Notes under the pieces: generated by a model | The model's input: the letters and a program-made list of their open reading frames with translations, nothing else | Told to the model about the DNA's origin: nothing | Database searches by the model: none | Shown: piece after piece, positions 40,152 through 51,663 of the stretch | Position numbering within the stretch: position 1 is the stretch's first letter | Layout: each line of letters starts with the position of its first letter | NCBI GenBank assembly: GCA_030324005.1 | Contig: JARDVH010000163.1 | Span: 44,451,353-44,515,352, forward strand | Length of the DNA: 64,000 bases | From: Negaprion brevirostris | Lineage: Eukaryota | Direction of reading: 5' to 3' | Made by a program: the position numbers and the translations under genes

Positions 40152-42085
40152 CTGTGGGGTGTAGAAGCAAAACCATTAAAGAGAGGACAAGTGCAGCGGT
40201 GGATAAATGGCTCCAACTCTTTCCCCATTCCATACGTAAAATGTCACTGCGTCTCCGCAACTTGCCAATAAACCACTTCAAAAGGAATGGAGTGGCCAAC
40301 CCAATGTGTCCCGCTGCCGTGCCCCAACTTTATTAACGCTTTAACATTCCTGGTTCCGTTTTTTTTAATTTGATTTATTATTGTCACATGTATTAGCACA
40401 CAGTGAAAAGTATTGTTTCTTGCGCGCCAGACAAAGCATACCGCACATAGAGGAGAGGGCGCAGAGGTTACTGGAGCCGGACACATCTACTGACAATTGA
40501 GAGATGAGTCGACTTGAAATATTGCACTCAAGTTCGGAGTCATCACCACATTCTTTATTGAGCAGATCGTTAGTTCGATTGCATTGCAGTGCGCAGCAAC
40601 ATCTGAGGGCACTGGTTACGTTTTATGTGAAATGGAAGCAAACTGAGACAGGGGTAGCTTTATTGGTTGTTTTCAATGGTACGGTGCTGGGGAGGGGGGA
40701 AGAGTTGTACAGAGAAGAGATGGAACTGTTTGAAACTGCCTGTAATGCACACTGACCGAACTCTGCAGGTATATGATGTATTGATAGCGGTAAGCACTCG
40801 TCTCCTGCACTGGCTGGTGGGAAGGACAAGCAGGACATTTAAATAGAAATCTGCCAAGGGGCTGTGCGACCTCTGTCGCTCTGGTGGCTTTTAATAGCTC
40901 CGTGGGTTTTTTTTTGGGGGGGGGAAGGGCGGAGGGGAGGGGATATTTTCAGGGAACGGCTTCGAAAGCAGCAATGTGTTCCCAACTCTTCCAGCGGACT
41001 TTGAATGAAATCGACGCTGGCCATCAGGTTGTGTTAGGGAGCCTGAAACACACTCGTAAATCTTATTTAAGGATTTGTTGGAAAGTGCCCACAGGCTTCT
41101 TGCTGACTGGCATCTCAATCCGATTTCCAGGGGAGTGAGGGAGCTGGAAAACCGCAGGCTTTAACACTGCAACCCCCCATCGTTTAAAGGCGTGTTGCGA
41201 ATTGCTTGCCAGACCTCTCCGGGTGAATAGAAGGTAGCTTACACTGCGGGAAGACAATGAGGACTCAATCCGCACCCCCCCCCCACCCCGCTTCAGAATG
41301 GAGGGCAGACGTGGATTGAATGTTAAGGAACTGTGGCCCCAAACCCGGCGGCCACCAGCGGATAAATTTTGCCTTTTCTAAANNNNNNNNNNCGCCTGCA
41401 TTTTAGCCAAAGCTGCTGTTGCTGGGGGGGTGGGGGGGGGGGGTGGGGGGATGACATATAATGAAAATCACCCATCAAAACCCATCCTGATCCCTATGTG
41501 GCCATGGCGCACTCAGAGCCAGACCACAACGCAAAACTGACACTTTGCTCATCCAGTTCCATTCGCAACTGCAGAACTGGTGAAGATTCTCACTGGTATC
41601 ACCGCTTGGACTCAGCGCACCGGGCAGAGCTCTGGACTGGATTTGCAGCTTGTCACAAGCACCACATATTGTGTCGGGGAGAAGAGGACGGGAGGCGGCG
41701 GGGGGAGGTGGTGAAAAGGAGTTAGGAGCACTCTGTAACAAAATGAAACTCCACAGAACTGGCCGCAGAGACCAAAGCCACTGGCAGCAAAGTCGATTTC
41801 TCTGCATTGAGTCTGTCTGCGGGAAGGGGGGTGAGGGGGTGTGGGGAAGGAATCAAAGCGAGTGGTAAAGCGGGTGGTGGGAGCTGAGTTGCTCATTCTC
41901 CCAGCTCCGGATTAATTTTAATATCTGCCCTCTTTACAGTTTAAACAACACACCTTCCCTCCCTGTCTCTCTCTCCCCGCCCCAGTTACACTGGCTTTTT
42001 TTGGAGGTTACAGGGAAGCTGAGACAAGTTCACAGAGCGGCAGCTTCACAAGCACGTTCCTCTCTCTCTCTCATCGCCAACTTAC

Positions 42086-42176
42086 CTTGGTTGGGCGGAT
42101 GGACCTTTGAATTATAAAAAGCTGCAGCGGTGCCGAGTATTAGCGCCCAGGCGGTTAACTGTACAATCCCGGCCAT
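42086..42176 (-). CDS. EPHA4: EPH receptor A4, coding exon 1 (signal peptide)
   Basis: Minus strand reads gccATGG (strong Kozak) then MAGIVQLTAWALILGTAAAFYNSKVHPPNQ plus one G, followed by a GTAAGT donor. 91 coding nt; aligns with the EphA4 N-terminus (MAGIF...SRVYPANEV). Confidence 0.95.
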
Positions 42177-42330
42177 GGCTTATCTCCGGTTATTAGCAGC
42201 CCGCGGAGTTGAGCTTCACTTTGGATCGCTCTATCCCGGTGGAATAGTGACTGGAGTTTGGGAGCTGCAGTTTGTAGACATTGCCGAGGGGGCGGGCCCG
42301 CATCTGACGTCAGCTGTCAATCACAGGGAT
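42177..42330 (-). promoter_or_regulatory. EPHA4 5'UTR and proximal promoter: GC box, full CRE, PBX-PREP decamer
   Basis: GGGGCGGG at 42289-42296, TGACGTCA at 42305-42312 and CTGTCAATCA (= TGATTGACAG) at 42314-42323, 113-147 bp upstream of the ATG in CpG-rich DNA. Confidence 0.75.
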
Positions 42331-42496
42331 CCAGTCAAAATACACTGGCTGCAGCCTCAGCCCAGAGCCCCCAGCTCTGATCCACTGGACTCAGCCCCCC
42401 CCCCCCCCCCACAGGATCAAACTGCGGGAGGTCTCTAACTATGAGTGCTTTGTCTTTGGCTTTTGGGCAAAGTGCTTTGGCTGCAGGGCAAATATT

Positions 42497-43360
42497 AGCA
42501 CAGCCCAAAACACAAACCTGGCTACAGAGCCACACAGTCACACAGCCCTAAACACAGACCTGGCTACAGACCCACACAGTCACACAGCCCAAAACACAGA
42601 CATGGCTACAGACCCACACAGCCCAAAACACAGACCTAGCTACAGACCCACACAGTAACACAGCCCAAAACACAGACCTAGCTACAGACCCACACAGTAA
42701 CACAGCCCAATACACAGACCTAGCTCCAGACCCACACAGNNNNNNNNNNNNNNNNNNNNNNNNNNNNNNNNNNNNNNNNNNNNNNNNNNNNNNNNNNNNN
42801 NNNNNNNNNNNNNNNNNNNNNNNNNNNNNNNNNNNNNNNNNNNNNNNNNNNNNNNNNNNNNNNNNNNNNNNNNNNNNNNNNNNNNNNNNNNNNNNNNNNN
42901 NNNNNNNNNNNNNNNNNNNNNNNNNNNNNNNNNNNNNNNNNNNNNAAACTAACAAAGCCCAAAACACAGACCTAGCTACAGACCCACACAGTAACACAGC
43001 CCAAAACACAGAGCTGGCTACAGATCCACACAGTCACACAGCTCAGGACCCAGAGACCAGACTCCCCATCTATACATTAACACAGCCGAGGACATAACAG
43101 ACCTTGTTACAGATTCACACAGTAACATGGCCCAGTACACAGAGCCGGTTGCAGATCCACACAGTAACACAGTCCAGAAAACACAGATCTAGCTACAGAC
43201 CCACACAGTAACACAGCCCAAGATACAGACCTGGCTACAGATGCACACAGTAACACAGCCTAGGGCATGCAGATCTGGCTACAGATCCACACAGCAACAC
43301 CATGCAAAACACAGACCTGGCTACAGATCCACACAATCACAAGGCCCAAAACACAGACTT
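42497..43360. repeat. 42-bp minisatellite (with assembly gap 42740-42945)
   Basis: Unit CAGCCCAAAACACAGACCTAGCTACAGACCCACACAGTAACA repeated in tandem; gives a 14-aa periodic pseudo-ORF (FWAVLLCGSVARSV); more diverged distally. Confidence 0.95.
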
Positions 43361-44221
43361 GACTGACCCCTCCACGCGCTAAACTCAGTGCAACCTCTGA
43401 AGTTTCTGTCCTATTTAATTCTCGAAGCAGTATTTATTTATGGAGAGGAAGGGGTCCTGTAAATGGCTTGACGACGCAGATTTTGGACAGTCATGGGTGT
43501 AACTCATGTTTTAACGTTCTCCCATTTTTGAAAATGATAAGCCAGCTGCTAGGCCTCCCGCTGTCATTCTGTCCTCAGTGGGTGAAAATCAAACGCAGGG
43601 AATCAGCCATTGAATCTTGAAACAAAAATCGGAAACGGTTTTCATTTCTAGCAATCGATTGGAATATCTAATGATAGGAACACTGCCCTGTTCAGTCACA
43701 GGTAGTCAATAAGCAAGAACGATCAACCATTTTTCACCTTGCAAAGATGATTCACACTATTAACTGACCAGGATGAATAACTACATTCTTCCAGTTAGTC
43801 AAATGCACTGACACTTTTATCCTTTCTTATTTCCCCTTCGAAGTATTTCAGTAATCTTTTGTCATTGGAGAGCAACCATAGACTGTCATATTGCAAAAAC
43901 TATACTTTATTGGCACATTAGCAGCATGATCTGACTGTGAGCTGTAAGGTACAAAAATTATTTCCAAATTGGATATGTTAAAAAAAATACACCTCGAAAA
44001 CTCAATTTGGTGCCTCTCGGGTAACTCTTCGGAAGTTGTTGCAAAAATGTATTAAACTCCGGCTGGATCGAAAGCCTGTTTCTCATCTCACCCAAACCTG
44101 TCTTCTCAACTTATCGTCTTGCACTACTTCCATCTATGTGATGAATGATTGCAAGCCTCTGAACACCGACTGAGTAACTGGAACCGGAGCAGCAAGCAGC
44201 TTTGCTCGCCTTCCAACCCTC

Positions 44222-44240
44222 CAGCACCACCTAGTGGAAC
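44222..44240 (-). promoter_or_regulatory. Candidate CTCF binding site
   Basis: Minus strand GTTCCACTAGGTGGTGCTG is close to the CTCF core CCACYAGRKGGCRC; it sits in a small CpG-containing patch ~2 kb upstream of the ATG. Confidence 0.55.
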
Positions 44241-47200
44241 CATTAGGGCCACTCGTGTTCAATACATTTATCTCTTTTCGATTTGTTTTTAAATTCATGT
44301 ATGAATTTTAGCTTCATTTGCAAACAGAAGTTCTGTGGACGACAGTTTTGTTCGACATGTTTTTTTTTATTCACTTACAGCGGCGTGTGAAGACACAGAA
44401 ACAAAACTTGCATTTTAATAAGAGCCAGTAATTAACAGGAGGCTAATGAGTTACAATACAAACACTTAAACTACATCACATTTTTCTGTTTAGTATGCCT
44501 CTAATCATTTCTGAGGCTCATATTTATTTACGATAAACTACCACAGATGCTTTTGAGGTCAGTTGATGTAGATAATTTCTTGCCTATGTATTACGATTAA
44601 AGAAATATCACTATAATTAAATGCTGGAAATAGCTTGTATGTAAATTATTCTTCCTTTTCATGGGTTGCATTCATAGGAATCGATTGAAGCTAAAATCAA
44701 ATGAAGGTTTACAGCCATCCAAGCAAACGTGCAACTCATAAATTAAGCCAGTTTTATCTTTTACCAATTAAAGTCACTATTTGAGTTCATCAACATCAAT
44801 TTAAATGAGTTGGCAGCGTTCTTATGTCCGAGTTTNNNNNNNNNNNNNNNNNNNNNNNNNNNNNNNNNNNNNNNNNNNNNNNNNNNNNNNNNNNNNNNNN
44901 NNNNNNNNNNNNNNNNNNNNNNNNNNNNNNNNNNNNNNNNNNNNNNNNNNNNNNNNNNNNNNNNNNNNNNNNNNNNNNNNNNNNNNNNNNNNNNNNNNNN
45001 NNNNNNNNNNNNNNNNNNNNNNNNNNNNNNNNNNNNNNNNNNNNNNNNNNNNNNNNNNNNNNNNNNNNNNNNNNNNNNNNNNNNNNNNNNNNNNNNNNNN
45101 NNNNNTTCTGCAGTGCACAATATGGCTCCTCGGAATTGAATTAAAAGTAATGAATTGATTGTGATGTTGTTTGAATGTTTCTGAGAAGTTTTGTTAAGTG
45201 TTTGAGTTTAATTACTGGTCTGTTCAAGTAAAATTCGGTTACTAACATCTTGATTTCAATCCAACTGTAATTTCCGCTGCAGTTGGACACTCCCATTTTA
45301 TTCATTTGCATGTCCCTGAATATTGATATGACAGATCTTGGGTATCTGTTTAAGGGAATTGATAAGTGATTATCAGATGGATAGATGTATTCTTGTGTTG
45401 CACTTTTCCATTTAGACTTTGTTAACTTCAAGACTAATTAAGTGCAGTGGTGATACTTGTTTTTTTAAAAAATTCTTTCAGTTAACCTTCTGATTGCAAC
45501 TAACATACTCCTACTCACAGCTTTACATCTCCCCAGCAGATCTGTGCTGTCAGCCAATGACAGGCACCAGCCCAGCAGGAGACCGTGTGTATTTGCTGGC
45601 CGCCCCCAGTCCCCTTCCTGAACATGGATGAAAGGAGACACAGAAATGTTTGCCTCAATATGCAATCTTACAAACTCCAAAGTGTCAAATCAGTCACTTT
45701 ATTAACTTTATGTTGTGCCCACTTGGCTATTTTACCACCTACTCACTTTGATCCTGTATTCCACAAATACATTCCAAGGTCTAATGAATGCCAGTACAGT
45801 TGTCCCATTACACAATTGCTGTAATCACATCAGATTTGCTGGTCAGAAGTTAGTTCCACTTTGAGGCTGTAACAGTTTCCCCTTCTGGTGCAAAATGTGT
45901 TTTCAAACAAGAAATGTCATCGCTGCAGCATTAAACAAAATGAAAATGTCTAACTTGATGTAAATTTGTACAATGTAAAAACAATATCTAGTTATTCAGC
46001 TTTATTTATAAATAATGCATGACAAAATCTTCACACTGTAATCTTGTAACATTTTTCGTAACCCAAAGGAAACAGAACTGTTAAAAATAGATAACTAAAT
46101 CAAGAAACATGGTCTTTTTGTCAACTATGTTTCCCCCTTCTCCTATCCATTCACTCACCACAACCAACCCCACAAAAAACATGCATTGAATGTGTGTTTA
46201 AAAATAAAGTCATTGATCTTTGTTAATAGCTTGTTTTATTTTTAAAAAAATCAAACAACAGTTTATAATATTGCCTGGAAAGACAGAATCCAAAGGTCTA
46301 GTTGATTAACTACACCCAATCCTTACATTGATCAAGTACTTTTTCATTACCGTGGACTCTATCCAACCAATTTAATCTCCAAGTTATGAGTTAAATACTC
46401 AAAGATTGCTTATTGCTATAAAGTTTGCTTATGATATTGATATTGATACAACAAAGTCAACAAATCATATTGTTGATGAGAAAAGTTTATGGATTTGGAA
46501 AGCAATGCTGGGCTAATCGCATGATTTTTATCTGAAGTTTACATTTATCAAAGGACTGTGTTTATGAGCAAATAAGATAAAAGTAAGCGTTTACTATATA
46601 GGGCTACCAGAACTTACATGAATACTTTGTTTCAGTGAGTTGAGCCTTACTGGGTCTGAGACCTACAAGATATAATCTGGGCAAGTGATCAGGATCTGTC
46701 AGAGTCTATAAACTTTGATATATCTCAGCAGGGTGCTTTAGTAAATTTGCTAATGTGCATATTTCAATTTGAATCAACAGTTTTCAACAACTTCTGGGTC
46801 TCTCTATTTGAAAATATGCCTTTAGGTAACCTCATATGTAACTGCCAGGACTTTTAATCATGTAGCCCTCCATCCATGCATTGAAAGGCAATTGTTTCTG
46901 AATTTTTCCTTCTTAATATACTGTAGCCCCCTCTATCTGCCCCATATCAACACTATCTTTTTAATTATTTAAACATAATATTATTATTATGAGGTGTTGA
47001 AAGATCTTTCTGTATTTCTTTCAGTTTCGTTCTGCCAATGCCCCCGTCCTAGTCTCGGAAATTGTCTATCTTGGACATTTTCCTTCTGATTAAATTTGTA
47101 GGCATGATTACCCAAATTCTGTTTGTGAATTCAAACTCTGAAGCACTCAAGGTATGTAATAGTGTTTTCTTCTGTACAAAGTATCATGTGCGAGCATTAT

Positions 47201-48160
47201 TATATGGCTGCTTGATTTATTAGCCTGTTAATAAGGAAGAAGCTTTTAAAAAAAGCATGCCTAACTTCAGGTTTTTTTCTGTATTCGACAAATCACAGAT
47301 CAAATGTTAGGTACAGATATTTTAGTATGGTTGTGTCAAGTTTGGACCAGAAAGTGTGATATGTAGGTAGTGAATTTCTCACCCACACACTGAATGTAAG
47401 AGAGACTAATATCAAGATTCCCAATGTGTTGTGCTTACCTAAATGTTGAAGAAACCATGCAAGCATATTGTGTTGATAGTGATGACTAGAAAGGTACGAG
47501 GTGCCATCTTCTGTGTTTTGACAATCTAAACATAAATGCGAACAAAAACTTTTTTCAGTGAATGCAGTTTTTGTTCAATTCAGTTATGCTTATAATCTAC
47601 TTCAGGCTGTCTATTAATTTGGGGGGAAAGTGCATTAAGGAATAGAAACCATATGTAACTTTGTTTGGTAAAGCAACACAGATAAGTTTGACATGCCAAT
47701 TTGTTATTTCAGATAATCAGCTTGACATGTCTCCAGTAAAAAAATGAAGCTTTATTTATTTTTGACTTGTTACATTTTAGTTCTTTGTGTTTTGCAATGG
47801 CATTATACCACTCCACAAGATATGATTACATTGTAAACAGCGCTTGTATCATTTAAGCGTCTTCTTGGACATTTTCACTTTAACCTTAAAATAACAACTT
47901 GGAATATTGCCACTTTAGGAGGTGGTGTAATTTTGTAGCCCTCTGCAGTTTTTCTTTCTTTGTCTCCGTAGCAGGATTTTTGAAACCAATCCAAAATATT
48001 ACAATTTTTTAGTTATTTTACTTTAATTTTCTGATCTCTTCTCCTGGACTATGATCTCCCAGTTATGTTCCCATTATTTCCAGGTGTTTAGTCAAGTCAC
48101 CATGACCAAACAGCTGCTCATACACCTGTCACTAGTTATGTAGCCTTTAGACCTAACGTA

Positions 48161-49396
48161 CAGTAAAGTCCTGCCATTTGTGGTGGTTACATTTCCACAA
48201 AATCTCATATTTATGTAAAATCACAAGTACTTAATAATGGGTGCACATTAGATGGGTTCCAGCCACCCCCAAATTTGACATTTTTAAAATAAAAGAGAGA
48301 ATATGAACTACATTTTTGAGTAAATCAAGACATTTTACCATAGAAATTTTGTCAATACAAGAAAATTGAATAATATAAAACTTGTCAATTACACAATATT
48401 CCAAATTACAATATCTTAATGTAAAGGTACTGTACTTCAGACTGAAGGTGAGTGAGAGAGCGACATGGTTGATCTGGATATTTTTATGAATGGAAAGAAC
48501 AATGTTACGGTTGACTGCTTTACTTCCTGCTTTTCAGATTTGTAAAGTTCTCGGTAAAGAGAAATAGCTCCATCAATTGTTCTACAAAAGGCAATATTTC
48601 TTTCCATGCTTGTATCATGGTCTATCACCAGTTTTTTTTGTCAAATTTTCAGCTAATCTTATGTGATTTGCCATCACCTTGGGTGTGAATTGAGCCTTCT
48701 TAGGCTCTTCTTCATGCTCTTGCTCTGTTCCGGCTCATTTAATCTCATCAGTTCAACTAATTCCTCTAAAGAAAGTTCCTCATGATGAGATTGAAGCAAC
48801 TTATCCATTTCATCTATGGTCTCTCCCTTCCTACTTGTTTTTGCCAAGTCAACAATCCTGGCTATTTCAGCATCCACATTGGGGAACCCTGTGAAATCAT
48901 TCACAGCGTCGGGTCGAACTTTTTTCCAGCAGGCATTTATGGCTGAAGCTCTAACTTCATCCCACGAGTCCTTAACTTTGTATCCTGCTTTGAGGATGTT
49001 GAATTCCTTCCAGCAACCATGGTACAATACAAGTACTTTGTTTCAAATGATTAGATCATTAACTGGGATTCCCCTTTGCTGCTGGTGCTTTCTCCACTCA
49101 TTGAATAACTTCTCCATTTCCTCTAACCGTGGATCACCTTTGCTCACAAAAGTTAACTTGGGGGTACAACTATCAGAAACATTAATACTGGCCCTTATTT
49201 TTTCCTGAGACTGTCTATTGTACCTGATTGTGAATGCATTGTTACTTGCACCACTTATCAACCAATCTAAGATTAAGACTTTTTGTTCAAATGTCATCAT
49301 TTTCCTTGGGATATTTTCTACTTGGCTCAGAATCACTCATTTAAAGTTAAATGCTGTACTATACCTATACTGTAAAATGCTGGTCAAGACTTACTG
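48161..49396 (-). mobile_element. Tigger/pogo-family DNA transposon, internally deleted and degenerate
   Basis: TA|CAGTAAAGTCCTGCCA ... TGGTCAAGACTTACTG|TA gives imperfect TIRs with TA TSD. Minus-strand fragments: CENP-B-type HTH (RKMMTFEQKVLILD...LEEMEKLFNEW...QRGIPVNDLII) and C-terminal Tigger motifs (WKEFNI...SWDEV...INACWKK; KQSTVTLFF). Confidence 0.9.
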
Positions 49397-49627
49397 TACC
49401 CTATAAATCACAGCAAACTTCATANNNNNNNNNNNNNNACATACACAGAGCACACTTTCTCTTCCTACATGGGAACGACAAGGCAGAAATTTTCATGATC
49501 TCTAAATTGAGTCCTTTATTTATTTCAGGACCAACACATGTTGAGGTGAGAGCTTTGAAATATTCCATCATGATGGATAAAAGTTTGGGCCGTGGACAGC
49601 AATTGGGTTTCAAACACTTCTGCACAT

Positions 49628-50020
49628 TAATTTGATGTGATTTATTACTGTCACACCTATTGGGATACAATGAAAAATATTGCTTCTTGCACACCAAACA
49701 GACAAAGCATACCATTCATAGAGTGCATAGGGGAGAAGGAAAGGATGGGGTGCAGAATACAGTGTTGCAATTAACCGATAGGGTGAAGAGAAAAATCAGA
49801 TTAATGGATGACAGGACCATTCAAAGGTCTGATGGCAGCAGGGAAGAAACTGTTCTTGAGTTTGTTGATATGTGTTTTCAGACTTCTACATCTTTTTCCC
49901 TACGGAAGAACATAGATGAGATTATGTCCAGGTGCATGGAGTCCTTGATTATGTTGGCTGCTTTTTTGAGGCAGCGGGAAGTGTAGGTGGAGTCAGTGGA
50001 TGTAAATTTAATGGATGGGC
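49628..50020 (-). mobile_element. Rex1/Babar LINE 3' relic
   Basis: STDSTYTSRCLKKAANIIKD peptide; tail complementary to TGTGACAGTAATAAATC; a short tail fragment also at ~40365-40450. Confidence 0.75.
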
Positions 50021-50434
50021 AGGTAAAGAAATTCACAACAGAGAGGGTCGGTGTAAGTTGATTGTACTCACTTCTATTTCCTTTCAAAAAATTACTGAAA
50101 TGTCCAGAACACCCATGTTTCAAAATCCATACGTGGCATTGCCATGACAATGCAGAGGGAATTTCACAGTGCATGCCATGACTGAGTACTTGTTGCTGAT
50201 ATTATTACTGAGATAATTAAACATTTATATGTCTTTGCCATTAACTTGAAAAACTCCCATTCTTCCAGGTTTGGTGAAATAGGAAAGAGCTATTCATGCT
50301 TCTAGGGAAGCCATTGTCAATAAGTTTCTGTTTACCCTTGTGGAAATGTGCATTGAGTTTAAAATGTCACCACATGTCTACTTGCAATCCACTTGAAGCT
50401 TTCTCAAAGCTTGAAGGTAAAGATTTATTTATTA

Positions 50435-50750
50435 GTCATGATGTGGAGATGTCAGCGTTAGGCTGGGGTGGGCACAATAAGAAGTCTCACAACACCAGGT
50501 TAAAGTCTAACAGGTTTATTTGGTAGCACGAGCTTTTGGAGAGCTGCCCCTTCATCAGGTGAGTGAAGAGTTCAGTTCACAGACAAGGCATCTATAGACA
50601 CAAACTCAATTACAAGATAATGGATGGAATGCAAGTCTGAATAGGTGATCAAGTCTTTACAGGTAAAGACAGTGTGAGTGGAGAGAGGTTAAAGAGGTGT
50701 GAATTGTTTCAATCTCAGTTAGTGAGATTTTGCAAGCTCAGGCAAGTCGC
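50435..50750 (-). mobile_element. Penelope terminal repeat relic
   Basis: CATGATGTGGAGATG...TCTCACAACACCAGGTTAAAGTC...CCCCTTCATCAGGTGAGTG. Confidence 0.75.
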
Positions 50751-51012
50751 AAGTAGGTTCACATAACACTGCAATGAGGTTACTGTGAAAATTCTCTAGT
50801 CGCCACACTTTGGTGCCTGTTTGGGTACACTGAGACAGAATTTAGTATGGCACATCTTTGAGACTGTAGAAGGAAACAGGAGCACCGAGAGGAAACCCAC
50901 GCAGACATGGGGAGAACGTGCAGACTCCACACAGACAGTGACTCAAGTCGGGAATTGAACCCAGGTCCCTGGAGCTGTGCGGCAGCAGTGCTAACCACTG
51001 TGCCACTGTGCC
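50750..51012 (-). mobile_element. V-SINE (Rex-like tail type)
   Basis: Head GCAGTGCTAACCACTGTGCCAC (reverse complement) and ACTGCAATGAGGTTACTGTGAAAAT tail. Confidence 0.88.
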
Positions 51013-51384
51013 CCCACCCCGCCTATCCGTTATAAAAGGCCAGCTGACTTTTGGCAGCCAAATTTATGCCACNNNNNNNNNNNNNNNNNNNNNNNNNNNN
51101 NNNNNNNNNNNNNNNNNNNNNNNNNNNNNNNNNNNNNNNNNNNNNNNNNNNNNNNNNNNNNNNNNNNNNNNNAACTTGTTTGCAGCCTTTATTCAAAAAG
51201 TACAAGGAGCCAACTTCAATTAAGGGAGTTTCAAATTTCTTCAGCATTCTGTTTAAGATTAGGAATCAATTATAAGTTGCTGCCACAGAAGGAATGTTTT
51301 TGTTATTTAATGCCAACTGTGTAGGTTGTTAATCAAATCTAAGATGATCTTTCAGATGGTCACAAGACAGCTGAAAATAAACAT

Positions 51385-51663
51385 TTATTTATTAGTCACA
51401 AGTAGATTTACATTAACACTGCAATGAAGTTACTGTGAAAATCCCATGGTTGCCACACTCCATTGCCTGATTGGGCACACTGAGGGAAAATTTAGCATGG
51501 CCAATACACCTAACCAGCACATCTTTCAGACTGGGGAGGAAATCGGAGCACCCAAAGGAAACCCATGCAGACACTGGGGGAACGTGAAAACTCCATACAG
51601 ACAGTGACCCAAGCTGGGAATTGATCCCAGGTCCCTAACGCTGTGAGGCAGCCTTGCTAACCA
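51385..51663 (-). mobile_element. V-SINE (Rex-like tail type)
   Basis: TTTATTATTAGTCACAAGTAG...ACTGCAATGAAGTTAC tail; 5'-truncated head. Confidence 0.85.

Larger units (their letters stand above)
37850..42430. promoter_or_regulatory. CpG-enriched, TE-poor domain over the promoter, exons 1-2 and introns 1-2
   Basis: Visibly more CG dinucleotides and G/C runs than the CpG-depleted flanks (not quantified). Confidence 0.65.

Noticed and set aside
42130-42438. 102-aa plus-strand ORF antisense to exon 1 and the promoter
   Set aside because: Non-ATG start, GC-rich chance ORF with no recognisable domain.
42548-43009. 153-aa periodic ORF (FWAVLLCGSVARSV)n
   Set aside because: By-product of a 42-bp (3n) tandem repeat spanning an N gap; no splice or domain support.
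42497-43360. CRISPR-like array
   Set aside because: Head-to-tail units with no unique spacers, no cas genes, vertebrate context.
44761-45158. Several ORFs of about 100-120 aa
   Set aside because: Almost entirely N-run read-through.
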